Positions 13,001 to 28,000 of a DNA stretch of 64,000 bases are shown piece by piece. The notes below the pieces were generated by a model. That model was not told where the DNA came from. It worked only from the letters and a program-made list of their open reading frames with translations, and ran no database searches. Every line of letters starts with the position of its first letter. The first letter of the stretch is position 1. The stretch lies in NCBI RefSeq assembly GCF_009914755.1, contig NC_060932.1. One strand, written 5' to 3'. Position numbers and translations under genes: made by a program. The stretch comes from the human T2T-CHM13v2.0 reference genome, Homo sapiens.

Positions 13001-16000
13001 TATGCTGAAAAAGGAAATATCTACCTATAGAAACTAGACAGAAGCATTCTGAGAATCACGTTTGTGATGTGGGTACTCAACTAACAGTGTTGATCCATTC
13101 TTTTGATACAGCAGTTTTGAACCACACTTTTTGTAGAATCTGCAAGTGGATATTTGGATAGCTGTGAGGATTTCGTTGGAAACGGGAATGTCTTCATAGA
13201 AAATTTAGACAGAAGCATTCTCAGAACCTTGATTGTGATGTGTGTTCTCCACTAACAGAGTTGAACCTTTCTTTTGACAGAACTGTTCTGAAACATTCTT
13301 TTTATAGAATCTGGAAGTGGATATTTGGAAAGCTTTGAGGATTTCGTTGGAAACGGGAATATCTTCAAATAAAATCTAGCCAGAAGCATTCTAAGAAACA
13401 TCTTAGGGATGTTTACATTCAAGTCACAGAGTTGAACATTCCCTTTCACAGAGCAGGTTTGAAACAATCTTCTCGTACTATCTGGCAGTGGACATTTTGA
13501 GCTCCTTGGGGCCTATGCTGAAAAAGGAAATATCTTCCGACAAAAACTAGACAGAAGCATTCGCAGAATCACGTTTGTGATGTGTGCACTCAACTGTCAG
13601 AATTGAACCTTGGTTTGGACAGAGCACTTTTGAAACACTCTTTTTGTAGAATCTGCAGGTGGATATTTGGCTAGCTTTGAGGATTTCGTTGGAAACGGTA
13701 ATGTCTTCAAAGAAAATCTAGACAGAAGCATTCTCAGAAACACCTTCGTGATGTTTGCAATCAAGTCACAGAGTTGAACCTTCCGTTTCATAGAGCAGGT
13801 TGGAAACACTCTTTGTAGTATCTGGAAGTGGACATTTGGAGGGCTTTGTAGCCTATCTGGAAAAAGGAAATATCTTCCCATGAATGCGAGATAGAAGTAA
13901 TCTCAGAAACATGTTTATGCTGTATCTACTCAACTAACTGTGCTGAACATTTCTATTGATAGAGCAGTTTTGAGACACTCTTCTTTTGGAATCTGCAAGT
14001 GGATATTTGGATAGATTTGAGGATTTCGTTGGAAACGGGATTATATATCAAAAGTAGACAGCAGCATTCTCAGAAACTTCTTTGTGATGTTTGCATCCAG
14101 CTCTCAGAGTTGAACATTCCCTTTCATAGAGTAGGTTTGAAACCCTCTTTTTATAGTGTCTGGAAGTGGGCATTTGGAGCGCTTTCAGGCCTATGCTGAA
14201 AAAGGAAATATCTACCTATAGAAACTAGACAGAAGCATTCTGAGAATCACGTTTGTGATGTGGGTACTCAACTAACAGTGTTGATCCATTCTTTTGATAC
14301 AGCAGTTTTGAACCACACTTTTTGTAGAATCTGCAAGTGGATATTTGGATAGCTGTGAGGATTTCGTTGGAAACGGGAATGTCTTCATAGAAAATTTAGA
14401 CAGAAGCATTCTCAGAACCTTGATTGTGATGTGTGTTCTCCACTAACAGAGTTGAACCTTTCTTTTGACAGAACTGTTCTGAAACATTCTTTTTATAGAA
14501 TCTGGAAGTGGATATTTGGAAAGCTTTGAGGATTTCGTTGGAAACGGGAATATCTTCAAATAAAATCTAGCCAGAAGCATTCTAAGAAACATCTTAGGGA
14601 TGTTTACATTCAAGTCACAGAGTTGAACATTCCCTTTCACAGAGCAGGTTTGAAACAATCTTCTCGTACTATCTGGCAGTGGACATTTTGAGCTCCTTGG
14701 GGCCTATGCTGAAAAAGGAAATATCTTCCGACAAAAACTAGACAGAAGCATTCGCAGAATCACGTTTGTGATGTGTGCACTCAACTGTCAGAATTGAACC
14801 TTGGTTTGGACAGAGCACTTTTGAAACACTCTTTTTGTAGAATCTGCAGGTGGATATTTGGCTAGCTTTGAGGATTTCGTTGGAAACGGTAATGTCTTCA
14901 AAGAAAATCTAGACAGAAGCATTCTCAGAAACACCTTCGTGATGTTTGCAATCAAGTCACAGAGTTGAACCTTCCGTTTCATAGAGCAGGTTGGAAACAC
15001 TCTTTTTGTAGTATCTGGAAGTGGACATTTGGAGGGCTTTGTAGCCTATCTGGAAAAAGGAAATATCTTCCCATGAATGCGAGATAGAAGTAATCTCAGA
15101 AACATGTTTATGCTGTATCTACTCAACTAACTGTGCTGAACATTTCTATTGATAGAGCAGTTTTGAGACACTCTTCTTTTGGAATCTGCAAGTGGATATT
15201 TGGATAGATTTGAGGATTTCGTTGGAAACGGGATTATATATCAAAAGTAGACAGCAGCATTCTCAGAAACTTCTTTGTGATGTTTGCATCCAGCTCTCAG
15301 AGTTGAACATTCCCTTTCATAGAGTAGGTTTGAAACCCTCTTTTTATAGTGTCTGGAAGCGGGCATTTGGAGCGCTTTCAGGCCTATGCTGAAAAAGGAA
15401 ATATCTACCTATAGAAACTAGACAGAAGCATTCTGAGAATCACGTTTGTGATGTGGGTACTCAACTAACAGTGTTGATCCATTCTTTTGATACAGCAGTT
15501 TTGAACCACACTTTTTGTAGAATCTGCAAGTGGATATTTGGATAGCTGTGAGGATTTCGTTGGAAACGGGAATGTCTTCATAGAAAATTTAGACAGAAGC
15601 ATTCTCAGAACCTTGATTGTGATGTGTGTTCTCCACTAACAGAGTTGAACCTTTCTTTTGACAGAACTGTTATGAAACATTCTTTTTATAGAATCTGGAA
15701 GTGGATATTTGGAAAGCTTTGAGGATTTCGTTGGAAACGGGAATATCTTCAAATCAAATCTAGCCAGAAGCATTCTAAGAAACATCTTAGGGATGTTTAC
15801 ATTCAAGTCACAGAGTTGAACATTCCCTTTCACAGAGCAGGTTTGAAACAATCTTCTCGTACTATCTGGCAGTGGACATTTTGAGCTCCTTGGGGCCTAT
15901 GCTGAAAAAGGAAATATCTTCCGACAAAAACTAGACAGAAGCATTCGCAGAATCACGTTTGTGATGTGTGCACTCAACTGTCAGAATTGAACCTTGGTTT

Positions 16001-19000
16001 GGACAGAGCACTTTTGAAACACTCTTTTTGTAGAATCTGCAGGTGGATATTTGGCTAGCTTTGAGGATTTCGTTGGAAACGGTAATGTCTTCAAAGAAAA
16101 TCTAGACAGAAGCATTCTCAGAAACACCTTCGTGATGTTTGCAATCAAGTCACAGAGTTGAACCTTCCGTTTCATAGAGCAGGTTGGAAACACTCTTTGT
16201 AGTATCTGGAAGTGGACATTTGGAGGGCTTTGTAGCCTATCTGGAAAAAGGAAATATCTTCCCATGAATGCGAGATAGAAGTAATCTCAGAAACATGTTT
16301 ATGCTGTATCTACTCAACTAACTGTGCTGAACATTTCTATTGATAGAGCAGTTTTGAGACACTCTTCTTTTGGAATCTGCAAGTGGATATTTGGATAGAT
16401 TTGAGGATTTCGTTGGAAACGGGATTATATATCAAAAGTAGACAGCAGCATTCTCAGAAACTTCTTTGTGATGTTTGCATCCAGCTCTCAGAGTTGAACA
16501 TTCCCTTTCATAGAGTAGGTTTGAAACCCTCTTTTTATAGTGTCTGGAAGCGGGCATTTGGAGCGCTTTCAGGCCTATGCTGAAAAAGGAAATATCTACC
16601 TATAGAAACTAGACAGAAGCATTCTGAGAATCACGTTTGTGATGTGGGTACTCAACTAACAGTGTTGATCCATTCTTTTGATACAGCAGTTTTGAACCAC
16701 ACTTTTTGTAGAATCTGCAAGTGGATATTTGGATAGCTGTGAGGATTTCGTTGGAAACGGGAATGTCTTCATAGAAAATTTAGACAGAAGCATTCTCAGA
16801 ACCTTGATTGTGATGTGTGTTCTCCACTAACAGAGTTGAACCTTTCTTTTGACAGAACTGTTCTGAAACATTCTTTTTATAGAATCTGGAAGTGGATATT
16901 TGGAAAGCTTTGAGGATTTCGTTGGAAACGGGAATATCTTCAAATAAAATCTAGCCAGAAGCATTCTAAGAAACATCTTAGGGATGTTTACATTCAAGTC
17001 ACAGAGTTGAACATTCCCTTTCACAGAGCAGGTTTGAAACAATCTTCTCGTACTATCTGGCAGTGGACATTTTGAGCTCCTTGGGGCCTATGCTGAAAAA
17101 GGAAATATCTTCCGACAAAAACTAGACAGAAGCATTCGCAGAATCACGTTTGTGATGTGTGCACTCAACTGTCAGAATTGAACCTTGGTTTGGACAGAGC
17201 ACTTTTGAAACACTCTTTTTGTAGAATCTGCAGGTGGATATTTGGCTAGCTTTGAGGATTTCGTTGGAAACGGTAATGTCTTCAAAGAAAATCTAGACAG
17301 AAGCATTCTCAGAAACACCTTCGTGATGTTTGCAATCAAGTCACAGAGTTGAACCTTCCGTTTCATAGAGCAGGTTGGAAACACTCTTTTTGTAGTATCT
17401 GGAAGTGGACATTTGGAGGGCTTTGTAGCCTATGTGGAAAAAGGAAATATCTTCCCATGAATGCGAGATAGAAGTAATCTCAGAAACATGTTTATGCTGT
17501 ATCTACTCAACTAACTGTGCTGAACATTTCTATTGATAGAGCAGTTTTGAGACACTCTTCTTTTGGAATCTGCAAGTGGATATTTGGATAGATTTGAGGA
17601 TTTCGTTGGAAACGGGATTATATATCAAAAGTAGACAGCAGCATTCTCAGAAACTTCTTTGTGATGTTTGCATCCAGCTCTCAGAGTTGAACATTCCCTT
17701 TCATAGAGTAGGTTTGAAACCCTCTTTTTATAGTGTCTGGAAGCGGGCATTTGGAGCGCTTTCAGGCCTATGCTGAAAAAGGAAATATCTACCTATGGAA
17801 ACTAGACAGAAGCATTCTGAGAATCACGTTTGTGATGTGGGTACTCAACTAACAGTGTTGATCCATTCTTTTGATACAGCAGTTTTGAACCACACTTTTT
17901 GTAGAATCTGCAAGTGGATATTTGGATAGCTGTGAGGATTTCGTTGGAAACGGGAATGTCTTCATAGAAAATTTAGACAGAAGCATTCTCAGAACCTTGA
18001 TTGTGATGTGTGTTCTCCACTAACAGAGTTGAACCTTTCTTTTGACAGAACTGTTCTGAAACATTCTTGTTATAGAATCTGGAAGTGGATATTTGGAAAG
18101 CTTTGAGGATTTCGTTGGAAACGGGAATATCTTCAAATAAAATCTAGCCAGAAGCATTCTAAGAAACATCTTAGGGATGTTTACATTCAAGTCACAGAGT
18201 TGAACATTCCCTTTCACAGAGCAGGTTTGAAACAATCTTCTCGTACTATCTGGCAGTGGACATTTTGAGCTCCTTGGGGCCTATGCTGAAAAAGGAAATA
18301 TCTTCCGACAAAAACTAGACAGAAGCATTCGCAGAATCACGTTTGTGATGTGTGCACTCAACTGTCAGAATTGAACCTTGGTTTGGACAGAGCACTTTTG
18401 AAACACTCTTTTTGTAGAATCTGCAGGTGGATATTTGGCTAGCTTTGAGGATTTCGTTGGAAACGGTAATGTCTTCAAAGAAAATCTAGACAGAAGCATT
18501 CTCAGAAACACCTTCGTGATGTTTGCAATCAAGTCACAGAGTTGAACCTTCCGTTTCATAGAGCAGGTTGGAAACACTCTTTTTGTAGTATCTGGAAGTG
18601 GACATTTGGAGGGCTTTGTAGCCTATGTGGAAAAAGGAAATATCTTCCCATGAATGCGAGATAGAAGTAATCTCAGAAACATGTTTATGCTGTATCTACT
18701 CAACTAACTGTGCTGAACATTTCTATTGATAGAGCAGTTTTGAGACACTCTTCTTTTGGAATCTGCAAGTGGATATTTGGATAGATTTGAGGATTTCGTT
18801 GGAAACGGGATTATATATCAAAAGTAGACAGCAGCATTCTCAGAAACTTCTTTGTGATGTTTGCATCCAGCTCTCAGAGTTGAACATTCCCTTTCATAGA
18901 GTAGGTTTGAAACCCTCTTTTTATAGTGTCTGGAAGCGGGCATTTGGAGCGCTTTCAGGCCTATGCTGAAAAAGGAAATATCTACCTATAGAAACTAGAC

Positions 19001-22000
19001 AGAAGCATTCTGAGAATCACGTTTGTGATGTGGGTACTCAACTAACAGTGTTGATCCATTCTTTTGATACAGCAGTTTTGAACCACACTTTTTGTAGAAT
19101 CTGCAAGTGGATATTTGGATAGCTGTGAGGATTTCGTTGGAAACGGGAATGTCTTCATAGAAAATTTAGACAGAAGCATTCTCAGAACCTTGATTGTGAT
19201 GTGTGTTCTCCACTAACAGAGTTGAACCTTTCTTTTGACAGAACTGTTCTGAAACATTCTTGTTATAGAATCTGGAAGTGGATATTTGGAAAGCTTTGAG
19301 GATTTCGTTGGAAACGGGAATATCTTCAAATAAAATCTAGCCAGAAGCATTCCAAGAAACATCTTAGGGATGTTTACATTCAAGTCACAGAGTTGAACAT
19401 TCCCTTTCACAGAGCAGGTTTGAAACAATCTTCTCGTACTATCTGGCAGTGGACATTTTGAGCTCCTTGGGGCCTATGCTGAAAAAGGAAATATCTTCCG
19501 ACAGAAACTAGACAGAAGCATTCGCAGAATCACGTTTGTGATGTGTGCACTCAACTGTCAGAATTGAACCTTGGTTTGGACAGAGCACTTTTGAAACACT
19601 CTTTTTGTAGAATCTGCAGGTGGATATTTAGCTAGCTTTGAGGATTTCGTTGGAAACGGTAATGTCTTCAAAGAAAATCTAGACAGAAGCATTCTCAGAA
19701 ACACCTTCGTGATGTTTGCAATCAAGTCACAGAGTTGAACCTTCCATTTCATAGAGCAGGTTGGAAACACTCTTTTTGTAGTATCTGGAAGTGGACATTT
19801 GGAGGGCTTTGTAGCCTATCTGGAAAAAGGAAATATCTTCCCATGAATGCGAGATAGAAGTAATCTCAGAAACATGTTTATGCTGTATCTACTCAACTAA
19901 CTGTGCTGAACATTTCTATTGATAGAGCAGTTTTGAGACACTCTTCTTTTGGAATCTGCAAGTGGATATTTGGATAGATTTGAGGATTTCGTTGGAAACG
20001 GGATTATATATCAAAAGTAGACAGCAGCATTCTCAGAAACTTCTTTGTGATGTTTGCATCCAGCTCTCAGAGTTGAACATTCCCTTTCATAGAGTAGGTT
20101 TGAAACCCTCTTTTTATAGTGTCTGGAAGCGGGCATTTGGAGCGCTTTCGGGCCTATGCTGAAAAAGGAAATATCTACCTATAGAAACTAGACAGAAGCA
20201 TTCTGAGAATCACGTTTGTGATGTGGGTACTCAACTAACAGTGTTGATCCATTCTTTTGATACAGCAGTTTTGAACCACACTTTTTGTAGAATCTGCAAG
20301 TGGATATTTGGATAGCTGTGAGGATTTCGTTGGAAACGGGAATGTCTTCATAGAAAATTTAGACAGAAGCATTCTCAGAACCTTGATTGTGATGTGTGTT
20401 CTCCACTAACAGAGTTGAACCTTTCTTTTGACAGAACTGTTCTGAAACATTCTTTTTATAGAATCTGGAAGTGGATATTTGGAAAGCTTTGAGGATTTCG
20501 TTGGAAACGGGAATATCTTCAAATAAAATCTAGCCAGAAGCATTCTAAGAAACATCTTAGGGATGTTTACATTCAAGTCACAGAGTTGAACATTCCCTTT
20601 CACAGAGCAGGTTTGAAACAATCTTCTCGTACTATCTGGCAGTGGACATTTTGAGCTCCTTGGGGCCTATGCTGAAAAAGGAAATATCTTCCGACAAAAA
20701 CTAGACAGAAGCATTCGCAGAATCACGTTTGTGATGTGTGCACTCAACTGTCAGAATTGAACCTTGGTTTGGACAGAGCACTTTTGAAACACTCTTTTTG
20801 TAGAATCTGCAGGTGGATATTTGGCTAGCTTTGAGGATTTCGTTGGAAACGGTAATGTCTTCAAAGAAAATCTAGACAGAAGCATTCTCAGAAACACCTT
20901 CGTGATGTTTGCAATCAAGTCACAGAGTTGAACCTTCCGTTTCATAGAGCAGGTTGGAAACACTCTTTTTGTAGTATCTGGAAGTGGACATTTGGAGGGC
21001 TTTGTAGCCTATGTGGAAAAAGGAAATATCTTCCCATGAATGCGAGATAGAAGTAATCTCAGAAACATGTTTATGCTGTATCTACTCAACTAACTGTGCT
21101 GAACATTTCTATTGATAGAGCAGTTTTGAGACACTCTTCTTTTGGAATCTGCAAGTGGATATTTGGATAGATTTGAGGATTTCGTTGGAAACGGGATTAT
21201 ATATCAAAAGTAGACAGCAGCATTCTCAGAAACTTCTTTGTGATGTTTGCATCCAGCTCTCAGAGTTGAACATTCCCTTTCATAGAGTAGGTTTGAAACC
21301 CTCTTTTTATAGTGTCTGGAAGCGGGCATTTGGAGCGCTTTCAGGCCTATGCTGAAAAAGGAAATATCTACCTATGGAAACTAGACAGAAGCATTCTGAG
21401 AATCACGTTTGTGATGTGGGTACTCAACTAACAGTGTTGATCCATTCTTTTGATACAGCAGTTTTGAACCACACTTTTTGTAGAATCTGCAAGTGGATAT
21501 TTGGATAGCTGTGAGGATTTCGTTGGAAACGGGAATGTCTTCATAGAAAATTTAGACAGAAGCATTCTCAGAACCTTGATTGTGATGTGTGTTCTCCACT
21601 AACAGAGTTGAACCTTTCTTTTGACAGAACTGTTCTGAAACATTCTTGTTATAGAATCTGGAAGTGGATATTTGGAAAGCTTTGAGGATTTCGTTGGAAA
21701 CGGGAATATCTTCAAATCAAATCTAGCCAGAAGCATTCTAAGAAACATCTTAGGGATGTTTACATTCAAGTCACAGAGTTGAACATTCCCTTTCACAGAG
21801 CAGGTTTGAAACAATCTTCTCGTACTATCTGGCAGTGGACATTTTGAGCTCCTTGGGGCCTATGCTGAAAAAGGAAATATCTTCCGACAAAAACTAGACA
21901 GTAGCATTCGCAGAATCACGTTTGTGATGTGTGCACTCAACTGTCAGAATTGAACCTTGGTTTGGACAGAGCACTTTTGAAACACTCTTTTTGTAGAATC

Positions 22001-25000
22001 TGCAGGTGGATATTTGGCTAGCTTTGAGGATTTCGTTGGAAACGGTAATGTCTTCAAAGAAAATCTAGACAGAAGCATTCTCAGAAACACCTTCGTGATG
22101 TTTGCAATCAAGTCACAGAGTTGAACCTTCCGTTTCATAGAGCAGGTTGGAAACACTCTTTTTGTAGTATCTGGAAGTGGACATTTGGAGGGCTTTGTAG
22201 CCTATGTGGAAAAAGGAAATATCTTCCCATGAATGCGAGATAGAAGTAATCTCAGAAACATGTTTATGCTGTATCTACTCAACTAACTGTGCTGAACATT
22301 TCTATTGATAGAGCAGTTTTGAGACACTCTTCTTTTGGAATCTGCAAGTGGATATTTGGATAGATTTGAGGATTTCGTTGGAAACGGGATTATATATAAA
22401 AAGTAGACAGCAGCATTCTCAGAAACTTCTTTGTGATGTTTGCATCCAGCTCTCAGAGTTGAACATTCCCTTTCATAGAGTAGGTTTGAAACCCTCTTTT
22501 TATAGTGTCTGGAAGCGGGCATTTGGAGCGCTTTCAGGCCTATGCTGAAAAAGGAAATATCTACCTATAGAAACTAGACAGAAGCATTCTGAGAATCACG
22601 TTTGTGATGTGGGTACTCAACTAACAGTGTTGATCCATTCTTTTGATACAGCAGTTTTGAACCACACTTTTTGTAGAATCTGCAAGTGGATATTTGGATA
22701 GCTGTGAGGATTTCGTTGGAAACGGGAATGTCTTCATAGAAAATTTAGACAGAAGCATTCTCAGAACCTTGATTGTGATGTGTGTTCTCCACTAACAGAG
22801 TTGAACCTTTCTTTTGACAGAACTGTTCTGAAACATTCTTTTTATAGAATCTGGAAGTGGATATTTGGAAAGCTTTGAGGATTTCGTTGGAAACGGGAAT
22901 ATCTTCAAATCAAATCTAGCCAGAAGCATTCTAAGAAACATCTTAGGGATGTTTACATTCAAGTCACAGAGTTGAACATTCCCTTTCACAGAGCAGGTTT
23001 GAAACAATCTTCTCGTACTATCTGGCAGTGGACATTTTGAGCTCCTTGGGGCCTATGCTGAAAAAGGAAATATCTTCCGACAAAAACTAGACAGAAGCAT
23101 TCGCAGAATCACGTTTGTGATGTGTGCACTCAACTGTCAGAATTGAACCTTGGTTTGGACAGAGCACTTTTGAAACACTCTTTTTGTAGAATCTGCAGGT
23201 GGATATTTGGCTAGCTTTGAGGATTTCGTTGGAAACGGTAATGTCTTCAAAGAAAATCTAGACAGAAGCATTCTCAGAAACACCTTCGTGATGTTTGCAA
23301 TCAAGTCACAGAGTTGAACCTTCCGTTTCATAGAGCAGGTTGGAAACACTCTTTGTAGTATCTGGAAGTGGACATTTGGAGGGCTTTGTAGCCTATCTGG
23401 AAAAAGGAAATATCTTCCCATGAATGCGAGATAGAAGTAATCTCAGAAACATGTTTATGCTGTATCTACTCAACTAACTGTGCTGAACATTTCTGTTGAT
23501 AGAGCAGTTTTGAGACACTCTTCTTTTGGAATCTGCAAGTGGATATTTGGATAGATTTGAGGATTTCGTTGGAAACGGGATTATATATCAAAAGTAGACA
23601 GCAGCATTCTCAGAAACTTCTTTGTGATGTTTGCATCCAGCTCTCAGAGTTGAACATTCCCTTTCATAGAGTAGGTTTGAAACCCTCTTTTTATAGTGTC
23701 TGGAAGCGGGCATTTGGAGCGCTTTCAGGCCTATGCTGAAAAAGGAAATATCTACCTATAGAAACTAGACAGAAGCATTCTGAGAATCACGTTTGTGATG
23801 TGGGTACTCAACTAACAGTGTTGATCCATTCTTTTGATACAGCAGTTTTGAACCACACTTTTTGTAGAATCTGCAAGTGGATATTTGGATAGCTGTGAGG
23901 ATTTCGTTGGAAACGGGAATGTCTTCATAGAAAATTTAGACAGAAGCATTCTCAGAACCTTGATTGTGATGTGTGTTCTCCACTAACAGAGTTGAACCTT
24001 TCTTTTGACAGAACTGTTCTGAAACATTCTTTTTATAGAATCTGGAAGTGGATATTTGGAAAGCTTTGAGGATTTCGTTGGAAACGGGAATATCTTCAAA
24101 TCAAATCTAGCCAGAAGCATTCTAAGAAACATCTTAGGGATGTTTACATTCAAGTCACAGAGTTGAACATTCCCTTTCACAGAGCAGGTTTGAAACAATC
24201 TTCTCGTACTATCTGGCAGTGGACATTTTGAGCTCCTTGGGGCCTATGCTGAAAAAGGAAATATCTTCCGACAAAAACTAGACAGAAGCATTCGCAGAAT
24301 CACGTTTGTGATGTGTGCACTCAACTGTCAGAATTGAACCTTGGTTTGGACAGAGCACTTTTGAAACACTCTTTTTGTAGAATCTGCAGGTGGATATTTG
24401 GCTAGCTTTGAGGATTTCGTTGGAAACGGTAATGTCTTCAAAGAAAATCTAGACAGAAGCATTCTCAGAAACACCTTCGTGATGTTTGCAATCAAGTCAC
24501 AGAGTTGAACCTTCCGTTTCATAGAGCAGGTTGGAAACACTCTTTTTGTAGTATCTGGAAGTGGACATTTGGAGGGCTTTGTAGCCTATCTGGAAAAAGG
24601 AAATATCTTCCCATGAATGCGAGATAGAAGTAATCTCAGAAACATGTTTATGCTGTATCTACTCAACTAACTGTGCTGAACATTTCTATTGATAGAGCAG
24701 TTTTGAGACACTCTTCTTTTGGAATCTGCAAGTGGATATTTGGATAGATTTGAGGATTTCGTTGGAAACGGGATTATATATCAAAAGTAGACAGCAGCAT
24801 TCTCAGAAACTTCTTTGTGATGTTTGCATCCAGCTCTCAGAGTTGAACATTCCCTTTCATAGAGTAGGTTTGAAACCCTCTTTTTATAGTGTCTGGAAGC
24901 GGGCATTTGGAGCGCTTTCAGGCCTATGCTGAAAAAGGAAATATCTACCTATGGAAACTAGACAGAAGCATTCTGAGAATCACGTTTGTGATGTGGGTAC

Positions 25001-28000
25001 TCAACTAACAGTGTTGATCCATTCTTTTGATACAGCAGTTTTGAACCACACTTTTTGTAGAATCTGCAAGTGGATATTTGGATAGCTGTGAGGATTTCGT
25101 TGGAAACGGGAATGTCTTCATAGAAAATTTAGACAGAAGCATTCTCAGAACCTTGATTGTGATGTGTGTTCTCCACTAACAGAGTTGAACCTTTCTTTTG
25201 ACAGAACTGTTCTGAAACATTCTTGTTATAGAATCTGGAAGTGGATATTTGGAAAGCTTTGAGGATTTCGTTGGAAACGGGAATATCTTCAAATCAAATC
25301 TAGCCAGAAGCATTCTAAGAAACATCTTAGGGATGTTTACATTCAAGTCACAGAGTTGAACATTCCCTTTCACAGAGCAGGTTTGAAACAATCTTCTCGT
25401 ACTATCTGGCAGTGGACATTTTGAGCTCCTTGGGGCCTATGCTGAAAAAGGAAATATCTTCCGACAAAAACTAGACAGAAGCATTCGCAGAATCACGTTT
25501 GTGATGTGTGCACTCAACTGTCAGAATTGAACCTTGGTTTGGACAGAGCACTTTTGAAACACTCTTTTTGTAGAATCTGCAGGTGGATATTTGGCTAGCT
25601 TTGAGGATTTCGTTGGAAACGGTAATGTCTTCAAAGAAAATCTAGACAGAAGCATTCTCAGAAACACCTTCGTGATGTTTGCAATCAAGTCACAGAGTTG
25701 AACCTTCCGTTTCATAGAGCAGGTTGGAAACACTCTTTTTGTAGTATCTGGAAGTGGACATTTGGAGGGCTTTGTAGCCTATGTGGAAAAAGGAAATATC
25801 TTCCCATGAATGCGAGATAGAAGTAATCTCAGAAACATGTTTATGCTGTATCTACTCAACTAACTGTGCTGAACATTTCTATTGATAGAGCAGTTTTGAG
25901 ACACTCTTCTTTTGGAATCTGCAAGTGGATATTTGGATAGATTTGAGGATTTCGTTGGAAACGGGATTATATATCAAAAGTAGACAGCAGCATTCTCAGA
26001 AACTTCTTTGTGATGTTTGCATCCAGCTCTCAGAGTTGAACATTCCCTTTCATAGAGTAGGTTTGAAACCCTCTTTTTATAGTGTCTGGAAGCGGGCATT
26101 TGGAGCGCTTTCAGGCCTATGCTGAAAAAGGAAATATCTACCTATAGAAACTAGACAGAAGCATTCTGAGAATCACGTTTGTGATGTGGGTACTCAACTA
26201 ACAGTGTTGATCCATTCTTTTGATACAGCAGTTTTGAACCACACTTTTTGTAGAATCTGCAAGTGGATATTTGGATAGCTGTGAGGATTTCGTTGGAAAC
26301 GGGAATGTCTTCATAGAAAATTTAGACAGAAGCATTCTCAGAACCTTGATTGTGATGTGTGTTCTCCACTAACAGAGTTGAACCTTTCTTTTGACAGAAC
26401 TGTTCTGAAACATTCTTTTTATAGAATCTGGAAGTGGATATTTGGAAAGCTTTGAGGATTTCGTTGGAAACGGGAATATCTTCAAATAAAATCTAGCCAG
26501 AAGCATTCTAAGAAACATCTTAGGGATGTTTACATTCAAGTCACAGAGTTGAACATTCCCTTTCACAGAGCAGGTTTGAAACAATCTTCTCGTACTATCT
26601 GGCAGTGGACATTTTGAGCTCCTTGGGGCCTATGCTGAAAAAGGAAATATCTTCCGACAAAAACTAGACAGAAGCATTCGCAGAATCACGTTTGTGATGT
26701 GTGCACTCAACTGTCAGAATTGAACCTTGGTTTGGACAGAGCACTTTTGAAACACTCTTTTTGTAGAATCTGCAGGTGGATATTTGGCTAGCTTTGAGGA
26801 TTTCGTTGGAAACGGTAATGTCTTCAAAGAAAATCTAGACAGAAGCATTCTCAGAAACACCTTCGTGATGTTTGCAATCAAGTCACAGAGTTGAACCTTC
26901 CGTTTCATAGAGCAGGTTGGAAACACTCTTTTTGTAGTATCTGGAAGTGGACATTTGGAGGGCTTTGTAGCCTATGTGGAAAAAGGAAATATCTTCCCAT
27001 GAATGCGAGATAGAAGTAATCTCAGAAACATGTTTATGCTGTATCTACTCAACTAACTGTGCTGAACATTTCTATTGATAGAGCAGTTTTGAGACACTCT
27101 TCTTTTGGAATCTGCAAGTGGATATTTGGATAGATTTGAGGATTTCGTTGGAAACGGGATTATATATCAAAAGTAGACAGCAGCATTCTCAGAAACTTCT
27201 TTGTGATGTTTGCATCCAGCTCTCAGAGTTGAACATTCCCTTTCATAGAGTAGGTTTGAAACCCTCTTTTTATAGTGTCTGGAAGCGGGCATTTGGAGCG
27301 CTTTCAGGCCTATGCTGAAAAAGGAAATATCTACCTATGGAAACTAGACAGAAGCATTCTGAGAATCACGTTTGTGATGTGGGTACTCAACTAACAGTGT
27401 TGATCCATTCTTTTGATACAGCAGTTTTGAACCACACTTTTTGTAGAATCTGCAAGTGGATATTTGGATAGCTGTGAGGATTTCGTTGGAAACGGGAATG
27501 TCTTCATAGAAAATTTAGACAGAAGCATTCTCAGAACCTTGATTGTGAAGTGTGTTCTCCACTAACAGAGTTGAACCTTTCTTTTGACAGAACTGTTCTG
27601 AAACATTCTTGTTATAGAATCTGGAAGTGGATATTTGGAAAGCTTTGAGGATTTCGTTGGAAACGGGAATATCTTCAAATCAAATCTAGCCAGAAGCATT
27701 CTAAGAAACATCTTAGGGATGTTTACATTCAAGTCACAGAGTTGAACATTCCCTTTCACAGAGCAGGTTTGAAACAATCTTCTCGTACTATCTGGCAGTG
27801 GACATTTTGAGCTCCTTGGGGCCTATGCTGAAAAAGGAAATATCTTCCGACAAAAACTAGACAGAAGCATTCGCAGAATCACGTTTGTGATGTGTGCACT
27901 CAACTGTCAGAATTGAACCTTGGTTTGGACAGAGCACTTTTGAAACACTCTTTTTGTAGAATCTGCAGGTGGATATTTGGCTAGCTTTGAGGATTTCGTT

